A DNA stretch of 63,305 nucleotides, counting the filler, from Salisapilia sapeloensis CBS 127946 (Eukaryota > Protista > Oomycota), in NCBI GenBank assembly GCA_023334545.1. It is 16 parts of 16 records of this genome, joined end to end, with 100 filler letters (N's around TTAATTAATTAA, not from the genome) between each part and the next. Parts side by side here need not be neighbours in the genome. Positions count along the whole stretch, not along the records: positions 27,374 to 35,119 come from JAADVB010000510.1; positions 35,220 to 41,437 come from JAADVB010000572.1; positions 41,538 to 43,044 come from JAADVB010001121.1; positions 43,145 to 51,186 come from JAADVB010000499.1; 12 more parts are not named here. One strand, given 5' to 3'. This document shows positions 32,256 through 43,786 of this stretch, in pieces. Below the pieces are notes generated by a model, which saw only the letters and a list, made by a program, of their open reading frames with translations, searched no databases and was not told the origin of the DNA. Each line of letters begins with the position of its first letter. Within the stretch, counting starts at the first letter, position 1. Both the position numbers and the translations under genes were made by a program.

Positions 32256-33785
32256 TCATTTCAAAGTGGTTGAGTCATCCAGTCGAAGTCGCAGCTCCGT
32301 CATCTTTAGCCACGCCAGCTGCCTGCCCCGCTCCTGGTCATTCAGATCAAGTTCGGAAATACTGCCCTTCCAGATCTTTTCAACCATCGTGTCCGATTCA
32401 TTTCCATCACTCGGACTACGCTGTACGAGGGAGTCTTGGTCTGAAGATTTCCTTTCATTTTCAATGAACTGAGCAGCATCTGTGGGTGAAGTGAATTGGG
32501 CAAATGCGTTGAGCGAACCTTCAGTTGAAGGGCTACGTTGATCAGAGTCAAACTCATACAATTCACCAGGGCTGGATTCTTTGCAAAGCAAATCACTCGA
32601 TTCTTCCGTCAACTGAGAAATCCTGGACGGCTCAACGATAGTAGAACCACTGCCATCCTTTTCGTACCGCCCAGCTTGGATTTCTTGCCTAGCAACTTGA
32701 TACGAGCTGATTTGTTCAGCAAAGTTATCGCAAGCGGGACAAAGGTAAACCTTTTTCGAAATCAATTGTAACTTGGGGACGATGTCGAGCAGCTTCATTG
32801 GAAGAATGCATTTCCCACAGATCGGTGAATGACACAAAATGCAGGGATATGCTTTGCGTAATGGACCAAACCGCTTTTTGCAGGATAGACATTCTGCCTT
32901 GTTTCCAACTTCACTTGTGGCAATGAGGCCCGCGACATCATTCTTGCTCGCATTTTTATTTTGAAGAAGCCAAGATAGTTTCTTTCGCTTTGCAGTCTCG
33001 GCGGATGTCCAATTATCCATAAGTGCGCTGGGCACGGTGACGACGCCAATAGAGTCGAGAATGTTGTTTCCAATTACTTCATAGTAACTTTTGGCGAACA
33101 CCTCAACGGAGTGATCAGTAATGGGTTTGAAAAGAAGACAGGATGAAATACGACTCCGTATGACGTGTCTTCCAAGCGGAGGAGTGGTCGGCAAATCAAT
33201 CGAATGCATGAGATTGTATCCAACACGCTCGCCTCCATTGAGTTGGAGAATTCCAGTCGCTCGAATGTAAACGGCATCTCTGTCTTTGACAACTCCTCGG
33301 AATAGTGTATTTGGGCTACCCGAATTCCATTCGAGAGTGGTGCAACGATATGGATGTTCCAGAGTTGGCTTTTCAACCGTCGAGAGGATTTGGTAATCAG
33401 TCACTTGTTGTCCGGCGTAGCTCATACCTTGAAAACCTGCTGCTTCATCACCGTACGCGAGTCCGAATAAAAGATCATCCATACTACTCGCAATCGTCCC
33501 ATTGCCGATGATTATGCGAGGCAGTTGCCAACCAGCACTGCCAGTATGCGAATCTTTTACCACTCGCCGAATTGGATTCCTTTCTCGGTACATGGTTATA
33601 TTCTTAGATGACTTGATCGATTTCCAGTGTTCGCTGTCCATCTCCCGAGGTACAGACTGATCAAATTTTTGGTAGTGTCGAAGCGCTTCGTGGACAAGTA
33701 TCATCGCGATGCGCTTACAGTCAGCCTTCTTTTCTTCTGATAAGCTGAAGCCTTCATATGCGTCTGCGGTCCACTGCGTCGTCAT
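32256..33785 (-). CDS. START-like domain + FYVE-type zinc finger protein (oomycete-expanded family)
   Basis: WKSIKSSKNITMYRER, GTIASSMDDLLFG, VKDRDAVYIRATG, GYNLMHSIDLP; C-terminal CLSCKKRFG...CILCHSPICGKC...CPAC. Confidence 0.9.
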   Translation of the reverse strand: MTTQWTADAYEGFSLSEEKKADCKRIAMILVHEALRHYQKFDQSVPREMDSEHWKSIKSSKNITMYRERNPIRRVVKDSHTGSAGWQLPRIIIGNGTIASSMDDLLFGLAYGDEAAGFQGMSYAGQQVTDYQILSTVEKPTLEHPYRCTTLEWNSGSPNTLFRGVVKDRDAVYIRATGILQLNGGERVGYNLMHSIDLPTTPPLGRHVIRSRISSCLLFKPITDHSVEVFAKSYYEVIGNNILDSIGVVTVPSALMDNWTSAETAKRKKLSWLLQNKNASKNDVAGLIATSEVGNKAECLSCKKRFGPLRKAYPCILCHSPICGKCILPMKLLDIVPKLQLISKKVYLCPACDNFAEQISSYQVARQEIQAGRYEKDGSGSTIVEPSRISQLTEESSDLLCKESSPGELYEFDSDQRSPSTEGSLNAFAQFTSPTDAAQFIENERKSSDQDSLVQRSPSDGNESDTMVEKIWKGSISELDLNDQERGRQLAWLKMTELRLRLDDSTTLK

Positions 33786-35219
33786 GGATTTAATGCTAGT
33801 GCTAGCTTGCTAATCTGGAAATGGCATGAAGGTGCACTGCCAACATTTGAAGTGGAGACGATACGGTGGAAATCACTGCTTGCGTGCCTTATGTATTTCC
33901 TTCTGGTGCGATTAGCTTGCCTTGTGGCAAGCATTTGTCGTGGACGTCAGAAATGATGAGACGTTGAAGTCCTGAATACGGACATGAGAACGAAGTCTTA
34001 TACATATGCCCATTAGTTTCTATTTCTAGCCGGTAAGGTTACCAGGGCATGATCGAATAGGCTTCTACGCTAGATATAATCCTTGGATGCCACTTTCAAA
34101 TTTGCCTTTACGTGGATTCAGTACACATCCTGACATACCTTGAACAGAAAAATGGGCGATGTAGCTCAACATTCGGAACCTGGAGACCATCCGATCACTC
34201 TCTTCTTGACATGCTTTGACAGCACCCTGACAAACGGTACTGATCAAACACATAAAAGTTTATGTAAAAATTACAAAGAGTAGTGTTCTAGATGATGAAC
34301 AAGCGTTATCAGACTGTGTTAGTCATCTTACGTTCCTACGTTTTCAAATGCGAGCGTCTTTGTGACTTTCGAGGGAATCAAAGTGAATATTACGCTCCAC
34401 GAGCTTGCGGTAATGACCGTAGTATTAGAGCTTGATCAATGCTTCCAGATTCTTTCGCTATTAAAAAAATAAATATGCCTTGTATTCGTTTTATTCTATT
34501 TTTTAATTTACTGTAGCTCGACTGTCAAGATGAGTCGAAAGTTAATCTAATGCGACAAGATAAATACCAAAAGGTCAAGCGAATGTATATTTCCAGCAGC
34601 AGTGGGTAATTTTACCGCACATACACACAACAGCTCTGTCTACTAGCATAAAGCTGACCTGGTCGACAGAAGAAGCGCATTGTGACAAGAGTCAGTAACT
34701 GAGTTTGTTTTTTGAGAAAACTCGATCAGCCCCAAGAGTGAATATACTGCACTTGCTGCTAGTATACGTCAACCGTATTAACACTACTCAATGGTGCAAA
34801 ATCTCCAAATATAATCTATTAGAGAAGCCTGAACAAATCTAAGTACAAATCCAGACCACTTATCAGTACTATTCCTCGTCGTAGAAAACTAATCTTTCCC
34901 TTGAGCTGTTTCCTTTCGTCAAAACTTGACTAGAACGACTTTGAAAAGTTTGTATGCACAATATTAATGCATGATAGACGATGGAGGTCGATATCCGTTC
35001 ATGTGCATATCTCGGATGGATGATCTCGAGTCCGTTCGACTGCTCATCGTCCGTCCCTTCAGTAACCTCGATCGGGACAGTCGATGGATGTCGGGTGCTC
35101 GAATCGACATCTCTTGATCNNNNNNNNNNNNNNNNNNNNNNNNNNNNNNNNNNNNNNNNNNNNTTAATTAATTAANNNNNNNNNNNNNNNNNNNNNNNNN
35201 NNNNNNNNNNNNNNNNNNN

Positions 35220-35360
35220 ACGAATATACCCACGCACAGACTAGGAGCACCCGAACTACACTGCCTCTTGCTTCTACGTAAGGAATAAGCGGCCGATATG
35301 ACGAGAGGACAGAATTGATACTGCGACAATGAATTTCGGACAAGTTTGATAAAAGGAAAT
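35220..35360 (+). repeat. Terminal inverted repeat, left copy (141 bp, identical to rc of 41297-41437)
   Basis: ACGAATATACCCACGCACAG...GATAAAAGGAAAT matches the reverse complement of the contig end. Confidence 0.97.
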
Positions 35361-35403
35361 CAGTACATGAATATCATCTAGATGATCGAAAATGGTTTCA
35401 AGT

Positions 35404-36270
35404 TTAGGCCGTCCGCTTAAAGTGGTTCTCATCAATTGTAGAGTAGACGTGGCCTTCTGAAGTCAAGTACTGAAGTCCGGATCGAATTTGGTCTTCCGAT
35501 ACTTGTCCTCGCAGTTGATCGATGAGCTGGTCGATTTTGACGCCTCTATCACTGGTGCTTGTACCGAGAGCCTCCAAAATTCTTTGCTGCTCTGGTGTAA
35601 ACTCAGACTCACCCATGCCATAGTCCATGCTTGTGTCAGCGCTGTGCTGCAAGTAGTTGTTGCTTCCCATGGCTCCTGCTGTACTCCCAAATGGCTGCTG
35701 ATCCGGCGCGCTGAATGCATTGTTGGCCTTGTTAGAGTGGAGAGGACCTCTCGTGTTGTATAGGTGGACGTAGATGGCTTCTAGGAAGTGGTGCGTGATC
35801 TCGTTATGGTCCGAAATGGGCGTGACGGAAAAGCAAGAGAGGTTCATTTTGTCCTGAAATGTACGGATGCTGCCGACTACACGTACGTAAATTCCATCTT
35901 GTAGCTTGGCCATTTCGTTTTGCACGACGTCATTGTCGTCAGCAGGTAAGAATAGCCGACCGTCGATCATGCCTGTACCGTCGTCGAGTTGGAAGTTCAA
36001 GTTGGTCGAATGCTCAACCACGTTGGCCAGAAGACCCACGAGGGAGACATGAGCAACTTCCTTACCGTCGACTTGCAAAGCGTCAGCCGAGTCCGTCTGA
36101 CGGTTCAAAAGCTGCTTGATTGTGACCGGCAGCAACGTCTCGGCTTCTCTGTTACGACCACCACCCTTAACATTAGTGGCTGGACTCGTTCCCTGCGATG
36201 CTGCATTGTCCATGTACCCTCCGCCACCAAAGTCATCGTTGCTGTAGGACTCGTAGCTGCCGAAGTTCAT
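35404..36270 (-). CDS. RPA2: Replication protein A 32-kDa subunit
   Basis: GGGGYM N-terminus, TLLPVTIKQL, OB fold (LDDGTGMI, YVRVVGSIRTF), ITHHFLEAIYVH, C-terminal winged helix EGHVYSTIDENHFK. Confidence 0.96.
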   Translation of the reverse strand: MNFGSYESYSNDDFGGGGYMDNAASQGTSPATNVKGGGRNREAETLLPVTIKQLLNRQTDSADALQVDGKEVAHVSLVGLLANVVEHSTNLNFQLDDGTGMIDGRLFLPADDNDVVQNEMAKLQDGIYVRVVGSIRTFQDKMNLSCFSVTPISDHNEITHHFLEAIYVHLYNTRGPLHSNKANNAFSAPDQQPFGSTAGAMGSNNYLQHSADTSMDYGMGESEFTPEQQRILEALGTSTSDRGVKIDQLIDQLRGQVSEDQIRSGLQYLTSEGHVYSTIDENHFKRTA

Positions 36271-36563
36271 CTTCCGCTGCGCTCAATAGCTCGAAATGGC
36301 GCCAAATTTCTTGGCAGTTGGCTCGTTCGACTAGGTACGGCTGAGATGGTACCATATGCGGACTCGCCAATGTGCACTACTTTTTAATTCTACTTGGTCA
36401 AAAGTCAATCTTCGGCATCCCTTGTGAGACGATCTACGGGAAAGCAATGGTAACTTTGACGACAAGCGAATGTTAATACTGAAAAAAGATTGCACAAACA
36501 GTGAATAAGTTGTCTATATGCCAACTGCCGATGTCGAATCGTTTGAGTCGGCCGTAGCCCTAC

Positions 36564-39500
36564 TTAGCGTGTCGTACGAGAGGAACCTTTCATCATCTTC
36601 TGCAGCTATATGTCATACATATTAGTTGAAATTTTATCATGAAAAAATTAGTCAGTGCACCTGATTATATGTTGGCGTGTATGGAGCTAGCCTGATAAAG
36701 TTGCCCATGTTCTCTGGCAATTCGCCATAACTTCGGGGTACTCTTCCATTCAAAATTGCTGTCAAATCCAAATTCATCTCTCTAGTCTTGCTTTCTTCAT
36801 CGTTCTTGATGCTTTGTAGATTGGCATGAGGCCGCTTCGCGTTTTCCTCTGCTTTATGTGTTCTCCTTTGTAATACTTCCACCAGCACATGCCGATCGAA
36901 TGCGAGCGGATCAACAATGCCAAGTGCGTCTTTCATCACTGCATCTTTGATCTATTTGACAGTTGGATAACAATAACTAGACCTGTAAGTTTCGGGAGAA
37001 CTGTTAAATTCAAGTAGAAGTGAGTAAACCTGGTAATCTAGAGCATGGTCTCTAGCCATAGAAGGTGACGAGTTGATTTCAAGGAGCCACGGACGAAGTT
37101 GATCGTCGAGGAGGATGTCATAGCCAAAAAGATCAAAGCTATTTACCTGTGTATAGAGTTACAAAATGTGCAACAGTAGTTTAGGACAATGAGTTGTAAT
37201 CTTGACTCATGAGCACTACCTGATATGAAATATGCTCTTCACCGCATAGCAACGACTTGATGATGACGCTATTAATATCTGCACGAACTTGCTTGACATT
37301 AGCCCCCATTGCTTCTAAGCGTTTCCAAAAGTAGGCAAGTGATGTTTTCGTGCCTCCAGTCTCGACATCTTGCGCATGTTGATTCGTTCTATTGACAGAC
37401 AAAAATGTGATAGCAGAAACAGTGAAGTAGTGGTTTACAAGGGGACCTGTTTGCTTCTGAAGGCCCATCTTCAACAGTCACTTTCTGAATACTACTGTTT
37501 GTTAGATGCACAAACAGATTGTCTAGCTGGTCAGACGAATTGCTGTATAGCTGAGAGCATAGACGAACAAAGCCTTCCTCGTACAAAAATGCTTCCAAGG
37601 GATTGAAGGACGTAACGAGTACATAGAGCCTCAAGTCAAACTTCCGATCGTCCAAGAGCAGTGGATTGGAAATGTACTTTTGAATTATCATCGGCTCACT
37701 GTATACCACATCGCCGAGGTCGCTTACTAGTGAGATACCACGTCCTCTTGATAGAGCGACAGGTTTCATGATCCACAGGTTATTAGTATTTTCGTTTCTG
37801 CTATGATCTTGAAATGCCTTCACAAACGCCACATATTCGTTCGGAAGTAGAAACGTCTGTGGCATAATTTCAAACTCCGGTCGCATTTTGCCTCCCTGTA
37901 TTGAATATTTTCCCAAATGCTTTTTTAAACAATCTTTTCTTGTCAAGGCTTTTGCTTGATAAAAATGGTTAACACGTTGCCAAACAAGTAAGGTCTGTCT
38001 ATCAACGTTCGGCTTACTCCATGTCCAGAGAAGATTCCAAGTCGTTTTCAACCCCAAACCAGGCGGATGCTCTTCCCAAGCAACATTTGTTTGACGAAGT
38101 GCGTCTTTCAAGATTTCTACGACTTCCTTTCGAGTGGATGAGTTCACCCGGTAGTGTAAGCCGTTCGAATCGCACGATTCTGCAATTGAGCTAGTGCTAT
38201 AACCCCCGAAAACAGTCGCATAGTCATTCATGATGCTAGACCAAGTTTGATATAGCTTGAGTTGTTGGTTCAGGCCATTTTGGCTTCTCAAAGCATTTGT
38301 TGATGATACATTCCCGGTACGCAATCCCCTACAAGATTCTGGCTGTTTTGTACGCATGGAAGCAGCTCGCTCGTACACGCTCGTTAATATACAGTCAAAA
38401 GACTCAAAGTACGGACGGTAGTCCACACAGCGACGGGAGGGTGGGTGAAAAAGTGTAACCTCACGTGCACTGCATTTCTGATTTTTTGGTAGTGCGGTTC
38501 GCGGTCGTACTTTGGGCTTCAAATAAGTTATCTTTGAATTGGTTTTGTTCTGAAGCTGCTGAGATTCTTCTGGGAGATGTTTCGGAGTTAACATTGCTCT
38601 TTCTTGTTGCTTTATCTTTTCTGGTCCAGCTTCGACATCTTTCGAGCTAGTATTGTCCATGCTAGTAATGGGTAGCAAGGGCGTAGATGCAGACTGGCTA
38701 ATCCCGACTGAGTTGCTTGCTGCAACGCCATTGTGTAAAGCAATTTCCGCGTCGAAGCTGACAGTATTCTGACTCATCTCTTTTTCCCGATACAATCTGG
38801 CCAACGTCTCTTGCTTCCTGTCTTCTATCAGCAACAGTAGTTGCTTTTCGATTTCACCTCGGACCACGTCGTCTTTATAGACGCTATTTGTCTCTTCGAC
38901 ACGAGCATTGCTTTCTAGCATATCCTTTTTTGACGTGCTTTCATCATTTTTGCTCTCCAAACTCTTCGAATCTGCAAGATTGGAAATGCTACTTTCCTTT
39001 TCGGAATTTTTACCACCCTTTCTTTCATATTCTGCATCCTCCAGACCTGATAGACTTGGTGCGTCAACACGTTCTTCATCCGCCGTTTCGTTCAGCTTTT
39101 CGACTGTGTTTCCACTATCGACAATGGCTGGTGCTTCTTCGATAGCACCACTATCTTCGTCTACATCGGTATGCTCTACTTCAGAAAAACTTGATTCCAT
39201 AACATTTTTTTCATCCATCTCATCTCCGGACGAGCAATTGCTGACATCGCTCACTGTCTCGCTTATATCGTCATAACATTCGCTTGGTTTTTGTTGCTCA
39301 CTTGATTTCGGCTTGACGTCATTCGTTTCTGTAATATATGCGAGTACAGCTTCATGGCGCTTCCGTTTCTTTTCTTCCTGTAGCTTCCGTCGCTTTTCCA
39401 GTCGTATTAAAGCTGCTTGCTTTCGCCTTTCCTTTTCCTTTGCGATATATTCTTCCCGACTACCCTCGCGAGCAGCATCATTCTGCTTTTGACGTTGTAG

Positions 39501-40112
39501 TCTCTCACGGAACCTCTGTTTTAAACTCGAGCCTCCGCTTGACACCACAAAAGAAGATACTGGCTTTAGAGTACGCTTTACGTTTGCATTTGACGAGACT
39601 ATTGACTTTATATCTTTCTTCCATCTAGCATGTCTGACCTTTCCTGCTGGTGGCTTCGCCGACGACTTTGTGGATGCTGTATGTACATTTTGCTTTGACT
39701 CTCTACTCAAGCTTTCCATAGATGTGGTTACGTTCGCACTACTAGCTCTGTTTAGTGGTCGAGAGCTCATTGACTTCTTAACTGGTTGGCTATCAGGGTT
39801 TGATGGCATTGGAAGCTCGCCTCGAAGAAGTTTGTCGACGCGCTCCTGGGCTCGTAATTGCTGGCATTGATTCCGGACTAGCTTTAGTTCATACTCTGCG
39901 TACTGGAGTAGCTGAGTTTCTTCCGGACTGCTACTTTGTTGGAGTGATGATAGAAGATTTGTGAGCCCGATTTCGCATCGGGCTAGATCTGCCAAGGACA
40001 GTAATGGGATGGCAGGAGGAGGTATTAGCGGAAAGCTTTCTTTGTAGTCATCGAGGACTACTTCCTTTGCCTTATTATCTCTGCAGACAACTCCGGGATC
40101 AACAGCCTTCAT
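36564..40112 (-). CDS. Tubulin polyglutamylase (TTLL family), long charged N-terminal extension, multi-exon
   Basis: WNLLWTW, QRVNHF...[42 protein letters not shown]...[21 protein letters not shown]. Last exon [13 protein letters not shown] ends at 36564. Confidence 0.9.
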
Positions 40113-40614
40113 AAAAATTAATCGTTTATAGAGCGACTCACAGGCGGACGAAACCGACAGGATGTACTCTTATGTTGAAGTGACAGCGAAAGAATCTTAT
40201 AGACCTGTCGACATGCCTACAACGTCGACGCTACGAAAAGTACACATCATGTAAAAGTAGCGAAATCCCTAGGCAATACACGCTTCTTGCCGTTGGTGTC
40301 TCTGTCTTCTTGATACCGAGAATCAGCTCTGGCACATCCACAATTATTGCTGTTTTGGTATTCGTGTCTACACTTTGCTACCATATCTCCAGGCTTATGG
40401 GTGTAAAGCTCCTGCGTAACAAATGACATCAATTGTCCGGTTGAGTTTCAAGCTGCCACGTTGACAGCTCACTTGAAGAGATGTAGTCGCACGACGAATC
40501 AGAACGATGGCGACATACATAATCACTCTTCATCTGCGGTTGCTTCTATTATCCATTAAAACACCCAAGGCCTCGCGGTAGTATCGCATTCGCATCAACG
40601 TTCATTCCTGAGAA

Positions 40615-41154
40615 ATGAGAGGGTTGGGAAGTATTGTGGTGGTGATGGCAACAATCGTCCATGCCCAGCAAGAAGGTAGCACTGAGTGTGCTTTTGCGTG
40701 CCCACAAGTGGTCGATCCAGTGTGCGGAAGCGATGGACACACATACAGCAATGCTTGCATGCTAGAGATAGAGCAGTGCAAGAATGCAGCCCTTCATGAA
40801 GTATCCAAGGGAGAATGCTCTGCTAACGAATCCAACGCCACGAGCGGGAGCAGCAGTGATAGTTCTGTGATGGATGCATCGGGTACTAAAGGAAGCACTT
40901 CCAGCGTTTCAAGCAGTTCGTCATCTACTTCTGCTGTCAACGAAGAGAGTGCAAGTAGCAGCACGGATTCACACGACATCGAGAAAAATTCTGAGAAATC
41001 GTCAACGAAAGCAAGCGAAAGCAAGGCGGAGGACGGGTCTGAAGCTGGCTTATCTGGTGAGAGTGAAGGAAACTCTAGTGATTCCACTTTTGGATACAAG
41101 CTCTCTCATGCCCTCCTGGTATCGTGCGCTCTTGCATTTGCTATTCTACACTGA
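40615..41154 (+). CDS. Secreted single-domain Kazal protease inhibitor (EPI-like) with Ser-rich stalk and probable GPI signal
   Basis: Signal peptide; CAFACPQVVDPVCGSDGHTYSNACMLEIEQC...GEC (six Cys); Ser/Thr/Glu tract; hydrophobic C-terminus. Confidence 0.92.
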   Translation: MRGLGSIVVVMATIVHAQQEGSTECAFACPQVVDPVCGSDGHTYSNACMLEIEQCKNAALHEVSKGECSANESNATSGSSSDSSVMDASGTKGSTSSVSSSSSSTSAVNEESASSSTDSHDIEKNSEKSSTKASESKAEDGSEAGLSGESEGNSSDSTFGYKLSHALLVSCALAFAILH

Positions 41155-41296
41155 GAAAATTTCGAGACTCAAAGGAAGATCCATCAAGCATGCTAACGAC
41201 CAATATAAACTCAGACACAATGAACAGAGCTTTAAATTGAATAATATGCGAAAGCACGTCCAAGAAACGTATTACTGACAAGGCAGCTTTGCCTAC

Positions 41297-41437
41297 ATTT
41301 CCTTTTATCAAACTTGTCCGAAATTCATTGTCGCAGTATCAATTCTGTCCTCTCGTCATATCGGCCGCTTATTCCTTACGTAGAAGCAAGAGGCAGTGTA
41401 GTTCGGGTGCTCCTAGTCTGTGCGTGGGTATATTCGT
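41297..41437 (-). repeat. Terminal inverted repeat, right copy (141 bp)
   Basis: Reverse complement of 35220-35360. Confidence 0.97.
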
Positions 41438-41537
41438 NNNNNNNNNNNNNNNNNNNNNNNNNNNNNNNNNNNNNNNNNNNNTTAATTAATTAANNNNNNN
41501 NNNNNNNNNNNNNNNNNNNNNNNNNNNNNNNNNNNNN

Positions 41538-43044
41538 CCCTCCGTCGGCCACTCCGGCTTGACTGCGCCCGGGACCGTCAGCTGCGCCTCCACAGGCATC
41601 TGCGAGTACGTCTCAATGCGCTCGACGCTGACCATTTGCGTCTGGAGCTGACTCAGCATCCGCACGCTCCAGTTGAGCATCTGCGTAACGCCAAATGCGT
41701 ACGACAACGACACACCGGCCTGGCCAGCAAAGTAAGAACCTTCCGGCTCCGTCGGATGGGATAACACGGCCGCCAATGCAGCAAATGTAGCAATAAGCGT
41801 ACCGATAAATTCTAGCCGCAACGCCAGCCAACAGTTTGTGGCCTGGTAGAGGAAGAAGGCACGTTGGTTGCGATCTAGCAATCGCTCATTGCGCACATTC
41901 AGCCTGCCTTCCGCTTCATAAGCTCGGATGGTAGGTAGTCCATCTAATGTCTCTCCCAATAAAGCAAAGACAGGAGACCGACTGATACTATCTAGACGCT
42001 GGAGCTCACGATTGGTCTTGATAAAGTATCGCTGCGAACGGTAGTATCCGATGACCACTGGGAAGAGGACAATCATGAACATCGGCGTCACATACGATGC
42101 TGTCACTAGCGTCACCACCACCGAAAGTATAGTCATCATGAGCATCTCCAGCGTCGATGGAATCATCTCATCGACAGTGTACACATCCTTTGACAGTCGG
42201 TTCATGATACGTCCAGTCGGGGTCGTGTCAAAGAAGCTGGAAGGAGCACGTAGGATGCGAGAGAAGAGGGCTTCGAAGAGTACTCGACTGGCACTTAACC
42301 CGTTCGTGTACAGAGCGACACAACGTGCAAAGAGAAGCAATGCAAAGACGACGTTGATACCAACGAAGACGTTAGCGTAGTATAGCTGCGAATGCGCTCC
42401 AGTGACGGCGTTCTCACTCCAGTACGATAGCCACCAAGTAGAGGCTAGCTGCGCCATCTGCACCAGAACGAAGAGCAGGATGACTACGAGAGCGACCCAG
42501 AAGCCACCGAAAGCATCTGCGTAGGACTTGTACACGGTCCATACGACATCACCGACGGATCGGTCTTCGTCCGAGATAAGCTGACCGGCAACTCCATTGT
42601 CGTTACCATCGTTGGTATCACTGTTTGTGGAGGATACTCGAGAGATACGACGGCCAAGGTTTTGTTGCTCACCTTGGTCGTCTTCGACATTTGTAATGTC
42701 TTCTTCGTGATGCTCTTCTTGTTTGCTGTCTTGCTCTTCATAACTGGAAATGAGTTCATTGAGGATACCGTTCTGGCTCATGACATGATCGTACGAGCCC
42801 TGCTCCGCGATGACACCGTGGTCTATCACCAACACACGGTCGCACTGGTTCAAGAACGTCAGTCCGTGCGTCACCAGAACCACTAGCTTGTCCTTTAGAG
42901 CACCCTTGATGCAGTCCGTGAAGATGTCGCGGCCGACGTGGCTGTCGACGGCCGACAGGATGTCGTCCAGCAAGTAGACGTCCGCGTCCTGGTACACTGC
43001 CCGAGCAATCGAAACACGAGTACGTTGACCGCCGCTGAGGTTGA
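41538..43044 (-). CDS. ABCC/MRP-type ABC transporter, internal fragment (end of NBD1, linker, TMD2)
   Basis: NLSGGQ..RVSIARAVYQDADVYLLDDILSAVDSHVG, FFDTTPTGRIMNRLSKD, RELQRLDSISRSP, WLALRLE, MVSVERI. Confidence 0.95.
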
Positions 43045-43166
43045 NNNNNNNNNNNNNNNNNNNNNNNNNNNNNNNNNNNNNNNNNNNNTTAATTAATTAA
43101 NNNNNNNNNNNNNNNNNNNNNNNNNNNNNNNNNNNNNNNNNNNNACCTCACGCTCTATTCCTTCCT

Positions 43167-43283
43167 TCAGACTACCTTGACGATGATCTTGCCAGAGCTC
43201 TTGCCAGAGTACAAGTGCTCCACTGCGTCCGGCACCGACTCGATACCCACGAAACTCGACGCGTCCAACCCAGGCTTCAGCTT
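43167..43283 (-). pseudogene. Isolated 38-codon C-terminus of a ZADH2/PTGR-like MDR oxidoreductase
   Basis: KLKPGLDASSFVGIESVPDAVEHLYSGKSSGKIIVKVV* is preceded by an in-frame TGA, and there is no room for the rest of the gene before the BRCT gene ends at 43787. Confidence 0.65.
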
Positions 43284-43786
43284 TCACATTTTCTAACAGT
43301 GAAATTCGCGAGCTTAGTACCCAAGTGACCGGACTTTGGATCATTGGTCTTTACAGACCAAACATATTTGGAAACTATCGACGCGGAAAAGTATAGCACA
43401 ACGAACGCGTCTGATTCATAAATTTTAATTTTGCCGTTGATGATGTTTATCTTTTCACAGTAATGTGCTTCCTGAACTTTAAAGGGCATATCATATATAG
43501 AAGCTTTAGTTACTGATATCATAAGTGTATTAATGAGATGCGTATAGACATAGCATTAAAAAGACCCTTCTGTTGTCAAAATGAAACTAAATACTACTAA
43601 AGGAGGGATCAATTAAGCAGTAAGAGACTTTTCAAACTGAAGCTCGTATTGTAGGTATTCGTCTTCTACCTATACGTCACGATTCGAATTAGTTGACGTC
43701 CTGGTACTCATGACTTGCACCCTAGCTGGCGATAATTTACTATCATCCAACAAGGACAAATACTATCAAAAATCATTATACTTGTG

